Positions 9,159 to 18,368 of a stretch of DNA of 64,000 nucleotides are shown here, in pieces. Each line of letters starts with the position of its first letter. Position 1 is the stretch's first letter. Where the stretch lies: assembly GCA_963789395.1 (NCBI GenBank), contig CAWBKP010000015.1, positions 64,001 through 128,000 on the forward strand, read 5' to 3'. Source of the stretch: an uncultured delta proteobacterium. Lineage in GTDB: Bacteria > Desulfobacterota > Desulfobacteria > Desulfobacterales > Desulfatirhabdiaceae. The notes beneath the pieces were generated by a model, which saw only the letters and a list, made by a program, of their open reading frames with translations, did no database searches and had not been told where the DNA came from. The translations under genes and the position numbers were made by a program.

Positions 9159-10307
9159 ATGGCAAGACGCGTGGGAATCTGCGCTGTTGCGCAAACCCCT
9201 TATAAACGGGACAACCGGGAGCAACGCTTTCAGGGCATGGCGCTGGATGTGCTTGAATCACTGCTGAGTCAGACAGGCCTGGATTTTTCGGAAAAAGGCG
9301 GCATCGGCATGAGCATCAGCGTATCGGATGACATTTTTGACGCGCGGACCATTTCGGACAACGCCATGACGGATGTGCTGGGCGCCCATTTCGGCTGCGA
9401 AGAGAAAGTGGCTCAGGAAGGCGCTCAGGCCATATATTACGGACTTGCAGCCATTCAATCCGGGCATGTGGATATCGTGCTGGTCCTGGGGCACTGCAAA
9501 GAGTCCCAGGCTTCCAGCCGAAACCAGATCACCCACCTGGCCTTTGATCCGTTTTATACCCGTCCGGTCGGTCTCGATTTTCTGGCTGCCGCCGGACTTC
9601 AGGCAAGGGCCTACTGCGAAAAATCCGGAATCACCGATGCGGCTCTGGCAGAAATTGTGGTCCGGTCCAGAACACAGGCGGCAAGAAACCTTTACACGCC
9701 TGAAGTTGCAGCCCTCACCCTGAACGACGTCCTGAACTCTCCCTTTCTGGCCGACCCCATCCGCCAGCTTCATGCTTACCCGGTTTCAGATGGCGCCATA
9801 GGCATGATTCTTGCCGCGGAAGACCGCGCCAGAGAGATTACCGATACCCCGGTATGGATTACCGGCGTCGGCAACTGCATGGACAGTTTCTTTCTGGGAG
9901 ACAGAGACCTGACCTCAAATTTTGCTCTGAAAACGGCATCCGTTCGCGCTTTTCAAAGAGCAGGCATAACCGACCCCAAAACCGCCTTTGACGTGATCGA
10001 GGTATCCGATCCCTATGCCTATCAGCTTCCGATGTGGATGGAAGGGCTGGGTATCTGCGATGAAGGCACAGGCGGCAGATGGCTGGAAAGCGGCGGCCCG
10101 GATCGGCTTCATGTCAATCTTTCCGGCGGAACCCTGGCAGGCAATCCGCTCATTCTCGGCGGCCTGGTCCGCGCAGCTGAAATCGCGCTTCAATTAAAGG
10201 GTCAGGCAGGTGCGCACCAGGTTTCAACCGCCCGAAAAGGACTCGGCCATGGCGTGATGGGACCGGCAGGTCAGTTTCATACCATTGTCATTCTGGAACG
10301 GGATTAA
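9159..10307 (+). CDS. SCP-x/Ltp-type thiolase-fold protein (Ltp4-like, no catalytic Cys)
   Basis: Thiolase fold (SDGAIGMIL, NLSGG) with the canonical Cys, NEAF, GHP and CxG motifs replaced (VAQEGA, EVSDPY, GNP, GPAGQ). Confidence 0.8.
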   Translation: MARRVGICAVAQTPYKRDNREQRFQGMALDVLESLLSQTGLDFSEKGGIGMSISVSDDIFDARTISDNAMTDVLGAHFGCEEKVAQEGAQAIYYGLAAIQSGHVDIVLVLGHCKESQASSRNQITHLAFDPFYTRPVGLDFLAAAGLQARAYCEKSGITDAALAEIVVRSRTQAARNLYTPEVAALTLNDVLNSPFLADPIRQLHAYPVSDGAIGMILAAEDRAREITDTPVWITGVGNCMDSFFLGDRDLTSNFALKTASVRAFQRAGITDPKTAFDVIEVSDPYAYQLPMWMEGLGICDEGTGGRWLESGGPDRLHVNLSGGTLAGNPLILGGLVRAAEIALQLKGQAGAHQVSTARKGLGHGVMGPAGQFHTIVILERD

Positions 10308-10321
10308 AGGGAGAAAAAGAC

Positions 10322-11503
10322 ATGAAAAAAAACCGAAACGTCGGCATCGTCGGTGTGGGACAAACCGCTTACTCCAGCCACAGGGAGGATGTGAACCAGC
10401 CGGAAATGATTCATGAGGCGGTTTCGGCAGCGCTCACTCAGACCGGCCTGACCATGAATGACATCGATTGCGTGGTTCACGGCAACATGGAACTCTTTGA
10501 AATGGTTCACCAGCCGGATCTATGGCATGTTCTGGGTACCGGCGCTTATGGGAAGGAAACGCTTCGCGTCACCACCGGCGGGACCACCGGAGCAACCCTG
10601 GTCTGCGCCGCCGATCATCTGGTGGCCTCGGGTTTTCATGACGTGGTGCTTGCAGTTGGTTTTGAAAAGCTTCAGGAAGGACATACCACCGGCGGCATCA
10701 CGAACATGGCCGATCCCCTCTGGGGCAGACAGCTTCAGACCGGGGCGCTGACCGGCATGACCGCAGCAAGCCTGATTGCGGAATTCGGGGAAGAGCGGGC
10801 AAAAAAAGCAGCCATGACCTACCGGATCCTCATGGACAAACACGCCATGAAAAATGACAAGGCGCACCGAAGGCTCGGACTTGAATTTGACCAGGCCGAG
10901 GATCTTGCAATAAATTCGCCGGCCCTGGTAGGCGAGCTTCGCATGATTCACATGTGTTCGCAAAGCGACGGGGCCTGCGCCATGATTTTCGCCTCCGAGG
11001 AAAAAGCCGCAAAGCTCTGCCCCCGGCCAGCCTGGATCAAGGATCATATTACGGTGCACCGGGAAGAACTGTTCGGCGTTTTCGGCAATGCGCCGGTTCT
11101 GAGCACCCACCGCTACGCCGCCCAAAAACTCTTTGAGCGAAACGCCATCACAGCGCCGCTGAAAGCCATCGACGTGTTTGAAATGTATGACCCGTCCAGC
11201 TGGTGGGGGGTGGACTGGCTTCGGGAATTTCTACTATTGGAAGGGGATGCCGTCATGCAGATGGTGGAAAATCGGGACATCGCCATAAACGGCGCTTTTC
11301 CGGTCAACCCGTCGGGCGGCGTCATTGCGTCAAACCCGATCGGTGCCACCGCCATGGTGCGCGTGGCCGAAGCCGCGCTTCAGATCATGGGAAAAGCCGG
11401 CGACCATCAGGTCCCGAAAACCGTGAATCAGGCAATGGCTTCGGGTTTTGGCGGCACCATGTGGACCGTCCTGTTTCTGCTGACCCGAGACATCCCCTGG
11501 TAA
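10322..11503 (+). CDS. SCP-x/Ltp-type thiolase-fold protein (Ltp3-like aldolase)
   Basis: RVTTGGTTG at the Cys loop, SDGACA, EMYDP, VNPSGG, SNPIGAT and GFGG motifs. Confidence 0.8.
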   Translation: MKKNRNVGIVGVGQTAYSSHREDVNQPEMIHEAVSAALTQTGLTMNDIDCVVHGNMELFEMVHQPDLWHVLGTGAYGKETLRVTTGGTTGATLVCAADHLVASGFHDVVLAVGFEKLQEGHTTGGITNMADPLWGRQLQTGALTGMTAASLIAEFGEERAKKAAMTYRILMDKHAMKNDKAHRRLGLEFDQAEDLAINSPALVGELRMIHMCSQSDGACAMIFASEEKAAKLCPRPAWIKDHITVHREELFGVFGNAPVLSTHRYAAQKLFERNAITAPLKAIDVFEMYDPSSWWGVDWLREFLLLEGDAVMQMVENRDIAINGAFPVNPSGGVIASNPIGATAMVRVAEAALQIMGKAGDHQVPKTVNQAMASGFGGTMWTVLFLLTRDIPW

Positions 11504-11630
11504 ACAGCAAATGAAAACCGGAAGTCAGGAAAATCGGATACGCTGAAATCAGTATAACTTCTGATCTGCTGAGCTTTCCAGCTTTTTTTCTAAGCGCACT
11601 GACAATTTTCACATTATAAAGGGAGGCCCC

Positions 11631-13970
11631 ATGAACCTGGGAACGTATCTTGACGCTGCTGTCAGCCGCTACAAAAGCGCGGCCTATCTCCAGTTCTACG
11701 ATGAGACGATTTCCTACGAAGCCTTTGGAAACCAGGTCAACAAGCTGGCAAACAGCCTGAAGTCTCTGGGATTTCAAAAAGGAGATTTTATCCATGTCCT
11801 GGTTCAGAACAGCCCCGGCACCCTGATCGCCTATTTCGCCATTCAGAAAATCGGGGCCGTTGCCGGCCCTGTCAACGGCTGGTGGAAAGCCCCTGAAATC
11901 GAATACCTGTTGAACGACTCCAGGGGAAAAGGGCTGATCATAGAAGATCAGTTCGTTCCGATACTGAATGAAATCCGCGACCGATGCCCGCACCTTGAAA
12001 CCGTCATTGAAGTCGGCGCCTCTCCGCATCCCGATCACATTTCATTTCAGAAATTACTCCAGACCGGCGATGCGTCACCGATACGCTGCCCCTGCGGCGA
12101 TGAGGACATTGCCTATATTTTCTATACTTCCGGAACCACCGGAAACCCCAAAGGCGTGCTGCTGTCCCACAAAAATGTGCTGGCGGATGTTGACGGCGTC
12201 ACCCAGGCCCTTGGGCTCGAAGAACGCCAGACTGTTCTTTGTTTTCTTCCCCTGTTTCACGTCAATGCCATGCTCACCTGCACATTCAGTCTGGGCATCG
12301 GCCTGACCCTTGTCCTTCGGAAAACCTTCAGCGCCAGCGAATTCTGGGAAGTGGTGGATCGGTACAAGGTTAATTTCTGGTCCGCGGTGCCGGCGGTTTA
12401 TCAGATTCTGCTGACGGATCCCAGCCGTCAGAAATATGATTTAAGCTCACTGAAGTTCGGGATTTGCGGCGCGGCCCCGCTCACCCCGGAAACATTTAAC
12501 CGCTTTCAGGAAGTCTTCAATATCCCGATTGTTGAAGGATACGGTCTCACCGAGGCAACCTGCGCTTCAACCCTGAACCCCAGAGACGGTCTCCGAAAAG
12601 TCGGCTCCATCGGGCTGGCCCTTCCGGGTCAGACCGTTAAAATCATTGATGACGCCGGAAGCGAATGTGCCCCCCGCCAGACCGGCGAGATCGTTATCGG
12701 CGGCGATGCGGTCATGAAAGGCTATTACAACCGGCCCCGGGAGACCGAGGAGACAATCGTCAACGGATTTCTGCATACCGGAGATGTGGGCTACAAGGAC
12801 GAAGACGGCTATATTTTTATTGTGGACCGGATCAAGGACATGGTGATCCGCGGCGGTGAAAATATTTACCCCAAGGAAATCGACAATCTGCTGGCCACCC
12901 ATCCCAAGATTCAGGAGGCCGCCGCCATCGGGGTTCCGGATGCAATTCTGGGTGAGGAAATCAAGGTTTATGTAATACCGCTGGATGAGAGCCTGAACGA
13001 AGAGGAAGTCATGGATTTCTGCCGCAAGAATCTGGCCGGTTTTAAGGTTCCCAAATATGTTGAAATCCTGGACCAGGACCTGCCCCGAAGCCCGATCGGA
13101 AAAGTGCTGAAAAAAGATCTTCGCAAATGGGGACTTTTGCCCAGAACCAAGAAAAGTTCCGGTCCGGAAGTGACCGTTGCCGATATTTTCGGAACCATGG
13201 AATCCCGTGTCAATCCTGAGAGCGTCAAGGACATCACTGCCAATTACGGCTATGTCATCACCGGTTCAGGGGGCGGCAACTGGACTGTTTCCGTCAAGGA
13301 CGGCATTGTCAAGGTCCTGGAAGGCCTTCATGACCCGCAGGTCACCACCACTATCTCCGCAAGGGACTGGATCGATATTACCCTGGGAAAACTGGATGGC
13401 ATGACAGCCTTTACATCCGGCCGCCTCAAGGTCGAAGGTGACCTGGGCCTTCTCACCAAAGCCACCCGTTTCTTCAAAAAATACATGCCGGCCGGAAAAC
13501 TGGAAGAAAAGCCGGAAGAACTGATTGTCCTCAAGCAGGTCCTATCCATTTCTCAGCGGTTTGCTACCGGCCCTGTCATGGGGAAATTCCTGAATGCCCT
13601 GAAAGAAAAAAAGATTCTGGCCAATAAATGCCCCAAATGCAGCAGGCTTCAGCTCCCCCCCCGGGAAATCTGCGCCGAATGCCATGTGCGGGTAACCGAT
13701 TGGGTCGAAGTTGGGCCTGAAGGCGTCATTGCCACACCGGACATCACTTATTATGCCAGCCCCGACCCCCTGACCGGCGAAAGCCGGGAAACCCCTTATA
13801 TTACCGCGCACTTTCTTCTGGACGGCTGCAAGGGCCACGAAACGCTCTGGCACGAGGTAAAAGCCACGGACATCGACCGGGCCAAAAGAGGTGCACGGGT
13901 ACGGCCCGTCTGGAATGACAAACGCACCGGAACCGTGAATGACATTCTTTATTTTGAGATTATCGATTAA
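11631..13970 (+). CDS. Long-chain acyl-CoA ligase fused to SCP2 sterol-carrier and DUF35 (Zn-ribbon/OB-fold) domains
   Basis: YTSGTTGNPKG, GYGLTE, TGD and IGKVLK ligase motifs; SCP2 segment LDGMTAFTSGRLKVEGDL; C-terminal CPKC...PPREICAEC. Confidence 0.88.
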   Translation: MNLGTYLDAAVSRYKSAAYLQFYDETISYEAFGNQVNKLANSLKSLGFQKGDFIHVLVQNSPGTLIAYFAIQKIGAVAGPVNGWWKAPEIEYLLNDSRGKGLIIEDQFVPILNEIRDRCPHLETVIEVGASPHPDHISFQKLLQTGDASPIRCPCGDEDIAYIFYTSGTTGNPKGVLLSHKNVLADVDGVTQALGLEERQTVLCFLPLFHVNAMLTCTFSLGIGLTLVLRKTFSASEFWEVVDRYKVNFWSAVPAVYQILLTDPSRQKYDLSSLKFGICGAAPLTPETFNRFQEVFNIPIVEGYGLTEATCASTLNPRDGLRKVGSIGLALPGQTVKIIDDAGSECAPRQTGEIVIGGDAVMKGYYNRPRETEETIVNGFLHTGDVGYKDEDGYIFIVDRIKDMVIRGGENIYPKEIDNLLATHPKIQEAAAIGVPDAILGEEIKVYVIPLDESLNEEEVMDFCRKNLAGFKVPKYVEILDQDLPRSPIGKVLKKDLRKWGLLPRTKKSSGPEVTVADIFGTMESRVNPESVKDITANYGYVITGSGGGNWTVSVKDGIVKVLEGLHDPQVTTTISARDWIDITLGKLDGMTAFTSGRLKVEGDLGLLTKATRFFKKYMPAGKLEEKPEELIVLKQVLSISQRFATGPVMGKFLNALKEKKILANKCPKCSRLQLPPREICAECHVRVTDWVEVGPEGVIATPDITYYASPDPLTGESRETPYITAHFLLDGCKGHETLWHEVKATDIDRAKRGARVRPVWNDKRTGTVNDILYFEIID

Positions 13971-13979
13971 GGAGAGCGC

Positions 13980-14885
13980 ATGCAATCAGACTGCTTTGTC
14001 GTAGAAGGCAAACTGGCCCTTCCCTATCAGTATTTTGCCGGAAAAACCGGAAGCCTGTTTCTGATCGCCCTGCGGGATGAAAAAAAAATCCTGGGCCTCA
14101 AATGCCCCACCTGTAATAAAGTGTTCGTTCCGCCCCGCTCGAGCTGTGAAAAATGTTTTTCCGAACTGGCTGATAACTGGGTGGCGCTTAACCCTACCGG
14201 GTCCGTCACCAATTTTACGGTGATCCGCTATGAAGAACCGTATCAGCCCGTAAAACCGCCGTACATTCTGGCGCAGATCCGGCTTGACGGTGCAGACACC
14301 CCCCTGACCCATATCGTTAAGGGCATCCCCATAAGCCAGATGAAAACCGGCCTCAAGGTCAAGGCCGTGTTCGCAAAAAAAACCACGTCTACCCTCATGG
14401 ACATCTCCCACTTCCTGCCCGATGAGAAATTCAATATTGAGATCGGCTATACTTATGATGAGCTGGAAATCGGCATGTCCGCCGCGTTCACCAAGACCAT
14501 TTCCGAAACCGATGTTTACCTGTTCGCCGGGATATCAGGAGATTTCAATCCCATTCACCTGAACGAGGAATTTGCAAAAAAAACACCATTCGGCACACGA
14601 ATCGCCCACGGCGCCCTTCCCCAATGCCTGATTGCACCGGTACTGGGCATGAAACTGCCCGGACTTGGCACTGTTGCCCTTGAAATCAATACCCGGTTCA
14701 GAGCCCCGACGTATTTTGGCGACACCATAACTGCAACCGGGGAAATTATTGAAAAAATCGAAAAAAAACGATGGGTGCGCATGGCCCTGACCTGGACCAA
14801 CCAGAAAGGAGCGCTCGTGGCAGAAGGCACTGCCCTGGTCATTCCGCCTGCCCCTTTTTCCACAGCCGATCAGGATGCACCATGA
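13980..14885 (+). CDS. DUF35 (Zn-ribbon/OB-fold)-MaoC (R)-enoyl-CoA hydratase fusion
   Basis: N-terminal CPTC...PPRSSCEKC; C-terminal hydratase-2 motif SGDFNPIH...IAHG. Confidence 0.88.
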   Translation: MQSDCFVVEGKLALPYQYFAGKTGSLFLIALRDEKKILGLKCPTCNKVFVPPRSSCEKCFSELADNWVALNPTGSVTNFTVIRYEEPYQPVKPPYILAQIRLDGADTPLTHIVKGIPISQMKTGLKVKAVFAKKTTSTLMDISHFLPDEKFNIEIGYTYDELEIGMSAAFTKTISETDVYLFAGISGDFNPIHLNEEFAKKTPFGTRIAHGALPQCLIAPVLGMKLPGLGTVALEINTRFRAPTYFGDTITATGEIIEKIEKKRWVRMALTWTNQKGALVAEGTALVIPPAPFSTADQDAP

Positions 14886-15179
14886 CAGATGCATTCAAGA
14901 ATCAATCCGGATTTCGGGATTAGTGTGGCAAATCGCATCGGATGCGGGATTCCGGAAGCATGGATCAAGCAGCCTGAAAAAATGCTGTACAGGATACCAA
15001 ACAAGCTGTATTTTATGAAGGAGAGAGATAATGTGCCGCATACTCCCTGCTTTCGGTCCTTCCTGGAACCTTGAGCAGAAATTTTGGTCAGGATGAAGGC
15101 GGTTTCAATTTGTGGCAGTGCGGCCATGGGCATGCCGCTGCCCTTGGCCAATTATTGATTGAAAATCACGAGACGACTA

Positions 15180-15617
15180 ATGATGAGCGAAGAAACACAT
15201 GATTTCTGGCAGAGCCATTCCCTGAAATATCTTGAGATGGCTTTTCGAACCGACCGGTGCGAGATCCTTGCCGCTCCGGACGGGTATGGAAAAAAAACAG
15301 GAGACTGCGGGGATACAACCGAAATTTTTCTTAAAACCCGTGGAGATATCATTGAAACCGTATCGTTTCATACCACGGGTTGTATGAATACGACTGCCTG
15401 CGCCAATACGGTTGCCTTTCTTGCGGAGGGAAAAACGATTGGCGATGCCTGGGAAATCGTCCCCGAGGCTGTCGCCGAATACCTGGAAACGCTTCCTGAA
15501 GATCACTTTCATTGTGCGGAACTGGCTGTCGGAGCCCTGTATCTGGCCCTTTCCAATTATAACGAGCTCAAGCGCTCTCCCTGGAAAAAGTCATACCAAA
15601 CCCGCTCAAAAAGTTGA
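15180..15617 (+). CDS. NifU/IscU N-terminal-like Fe-S scaffold protein
   Basis: GDCGD, GC...AC and HCA cysteine motifs. Confidence 0.8.
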   Translation: MMSEETHDFWQSHSLKYLEMAFRTDRCEILAAPDGYGKKTGDCGDTTEIFLKTRGDIIETVSFHTTGCMNTTACANTVAFLAEGKTIGDAWEIVPEAVAEYLETLPEDHFHCAELAVGALYLALSNYNELKRSPWKKSYQTRSKS

Positions 15618-15794
15618 CTTATTTTCACATCCATTCATATTAGTCCTTGATTTTAATCACAACAATCGCTATCAGTCGGTAAGGGGTTTTGCCGCCAGAG
15701 GGCGATAAAACAGCCATAACGGCTAAAATCCGATTTTTTTAGATATGCCCCCAACAGGGCAGGATATTGTGAAGGATATTATTAGGAGGCTGAC

Positions 15795-16862
15795 ATGCAA
15801 CTGAGCATCACCAAAGCAGACCGTTTAAAGGCAAAGCCTGAAGTTTCCAATCCACTGGCATTTGGAACCATTTTCACGGATCACATGTTCAACATGGATT
15901 ACAATCCGGACAAGGGATGGCACAATCCCCGGATTGAGCCCTATTCGCCGATTCAAATGGATCCGGCCACCATGGTGCTCCATTACGGCCAGGCAGTTTT
16001 CGAGGGACTCAAGGCTTACCGAACCGGCTCAGGCGCCATTCAGCTTTTCAGGCCCAAAGATAACTACAAACGGCTTAACCGCTCATCCCATCTGCTGTGC
16101 ATTCCGCAAATCGACGAGGCTTTTGGCGTAGACGCATTAAAAGAGTTGATCCGGCTGGAAAAAGACTGGGTTCCCGGCGCGCCCGGCACGTCTTTGTACA
16201 TCCGGCCCACGATCGTCGCTACGGACCCGTTTCTGGGCGTAAGGGCATCTTATACCTACCGGTTTTTTGTCATTCTGTCGCCGGTCGGCGCGTATTATTC
16301 CGCAGGATTCAACCCCGTCAAGATATGGGTCACCCGAAATCATGTCCGGGCGGTGCGCGGCGGCGTCGGGGAAGCCAAAACACCGGGCAATTATGCGGCC
16401 AGTCTGTTCGCAGCGGATGTCGCTCACAAAAAAGGCTATACGCAGGTGCTGTGGCTGGATGGGGTGGAGCAGAAATACATTGAAGAAGTCGGCGCCATGA
16501 ACATCTTTTTTGTGATAGATGGCGAGATCATCACGCCGGCGCTTAACGGCAGCATCCTGCCGGGCATTACCCGGAATTCTGTTCTGGCGCTGTCCAAATC
16601 CTGGGGACTCAAAACAACCGAGCGTCAGATCAGCATCGACGAAGTGATGGACGCCCATGCTTCCGGGAAATTGCAGGAGATTTTCGGTTCCGGAACTGCC
16701 GCCGTCATCTCACCCGTAGGCGAACTCAAATACGGCGAGCAGATCATATCCATCGGAGACGGAACGGTCGGGCAGATCGCAAGCAGGCTGTATACGGCCA
16801 TGACCGATATCCAGTACGGAAAAGCCCCGGATACCATGGGGTGGATAGAAGGAGTCTGCTGA
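15795..16862 (+). CDS. ilvE: Branched-chain amino acid aminotransferase
   Basis: LHYGQAVFEGLKAY, AKTPGNY, EEVGAMN, ILPGITR and GTAA motifs; AGGAGG RBS. Confidence 0.95.
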   Translation: MQLSITKADRLKAKPEVSNPLAFGTIFTDHMFNMDYNPDKGWHNPRIEPYSPIQMDPATMVLHYGQAVFEGLKAYRTGSGAIQLFRPKDNYKRLNRSSHLLCIPQIDEAFGVDALKELIRLEKDWVPGAPGTSLYIRPTIVATDPFLGVRASYTYRFFVILSPVGAYYSAGFNPVKIWVTRNHVRAVRGGVGEAKTPGNYAASLFAADVAHKKGYTQVLWLDGVEQKYIEEVGAMNIFFVIDGEIITPALNGSILPGITRNSVLALSKSWGLKTTERQISIDEVMDAHASGKLQEIFGSGTAAVISPVGELKYGEQIISIGDGTVGQIASRLYTAMTDIQYGKAPDTMGWIEGVC

Positions 16863-16943
16863 CAGCTGACGGACGGCGGAGATAATGAATCGTCTCCGCC
16901 GTCCGTCTTTCGTTATTCCTGGATCAGAGGAGCGTTCACTACC

Positions 16944-18329
16944 ATGGCTGTTGATGCCGGACATCTTCCCGAGTTTATCTTAAAAATGAAATCAGCCGGG
17001 CTTCAGCCCGTTGTCATAGACACCTTTGCCTGGTACTACGAAAAAGTATTGACCGGTGACAAGGGCTTGATATTCAACAAGGATATTCTACCGGTTGAAT
17101 CCCATGAAATCGCCGATGCCGCGCAGTTTGATTCTTTTGCCAATGCCGGCAAAAAAGCCCTGCCGCATGCAGTCATGATTGTTCTGAACGGCGGACTGGG
17201 AACCAGCATGGGCCTTACCTGCGCCAAATCCCTGCTGGAAGCCCGAGACGGGAAATCTTTCCTGGAAATCATTCTGCATCAGGCTGAAAGCCGTGGCGTC
17301 CGTCTGGCGTTCATGAACAGCTTCAATACCCATGAGGATACGCAGGCAACCTTGAAACTGCTCAGCCCCAGACAGTTTCCGCTGCTATTTGTCCAGAACA
17401 AATTTCCCAAGATCCTTCAGAGCGATTTTTCACCCGCCATCTGGCCCCAAAAACCGGAAATGGAATGGAATCCGCCAGGTCATGGGGATATTTATGCCGC
17501 GCTTTACACTTCCGGTGTACTGGGCCAATTGCTGAAAAAAGGGGTTCGATATGCCTTCATCGCCAATTCGGACAATCTCGGGGCCACACTGGACGAAACC
17601 CTGCTGGGATATTTTTCCGAAAAAGCGCTCCCGTTCATGATGGAAGTGTCGCTGCGGACCCCTGCGGATTTTAAAGGCGGACATCTGGCGTTTCACCGGG
17701 ACGGCAGACTTATCCTGCGGGAAGTCGCCCAGTGCCCGGAGGATGAACTGGATATCTGCCAAGATATTTCCCGCTATCGGTATTTTAATACCAACAACAT
17801 CTGGGTCGACCTGGAATATGTCAAAAAAATGATCGATACCCAGGGTAATGTCCGCCTGCCCATGATCCTGAATCCAAAGACCCTGAACCCCCGTGATAAC
17901 GCCAGTCCCGCCGTCTACCAGATCGAAACAGCCATGGGATCGGCCATCTCGCTTTTTGAAGGCGCAGCCGCGGTCGTTGTCCCCAGATCCCGGTTTTATC
18001 CGGTAAAAAAATGCAACGAACTGCTTGCCATCCGGTCGGATTGCTTCACCTATTCCGACGCCTGCGGTTTAGTAGTGAATCCGGAGCGCCGGCTGAATCA
18101 GATACACATTGATCTGGACCCCGAATACTACGGCAAGATCGATGAATTCGGAAAACGGTTTCCTTATGGCCCACCGTCTCTGTTGAACTGCGAATCACTG
18201 ACTGTAAAAGGAAATGTGTTTTTTGGAAATCACATCGCGTTGAAAGGAAATGTCGTCATTCAACACGCCGGCAGCAAGCCGGTCACAGTTCCCGATGAAA
18301 GTGTCATCGAAGGCGCAATATCCCTATAG
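16944..18329 (+). CDS. UTP--glucose-1-phosphate uridylyltransferase, UDPGP (eukaryote-like) family
   Basis: LNGGLGTSMG, WNPPGHGDIY, NSDNLGA, KGG and FNTNN motifs. Confidence 0.88.
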   Translation: MAVDAGHLPEFILKMKSAGLQPVVIDTFAWYYEKVLTGDKGLIFNKDILPVESHEIADAAQFDSFANAGKKALPHAVMIVLNGGLGTSMGLTCAKSLLEARDGKSFLEIILHQAESRGVRLAFMNSFNTHEDTQATLKLLSPRQFPLLFVQNKFPKILQSDFSPAIWPQKPEMEWNPPGHGDIYAALYTSGVLGQLLKKGVRYAFIANSDNLGATLDETLLGYFSEKALPFMMEVSLRTPADFKGGHLAFHRDGRLILREVAQCPEDELDICQDISRYRYFNTNNIWVDLEYVKKMIDTQGNVRLPMILNPKTLNPRDNASPAVYQIETAMGSAISLFEGAAAVVVPRSRFYPVKKCNELLAIRSDCFTYSDACGLVVNPERRLNQIHIDLDPEYYGKIDEFGKRFPYGPPSLLNCESLTVKGNVFFGNHIALKGNVVIQHAGSKPVTVPDESVIEGAISL

Positions 18330-18368
18330 TCCAAAATTGTCTGCACTGAAATTCAGAAGGAAATCATC

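Noticed and set aside
14889..15151. Short ORFs and an imperfect GC hairpin after the DUF35-MaoC gene
   Set aside because: No protein motifs or clear RBS; the hairpin lacks a U-tail and has no second copy.
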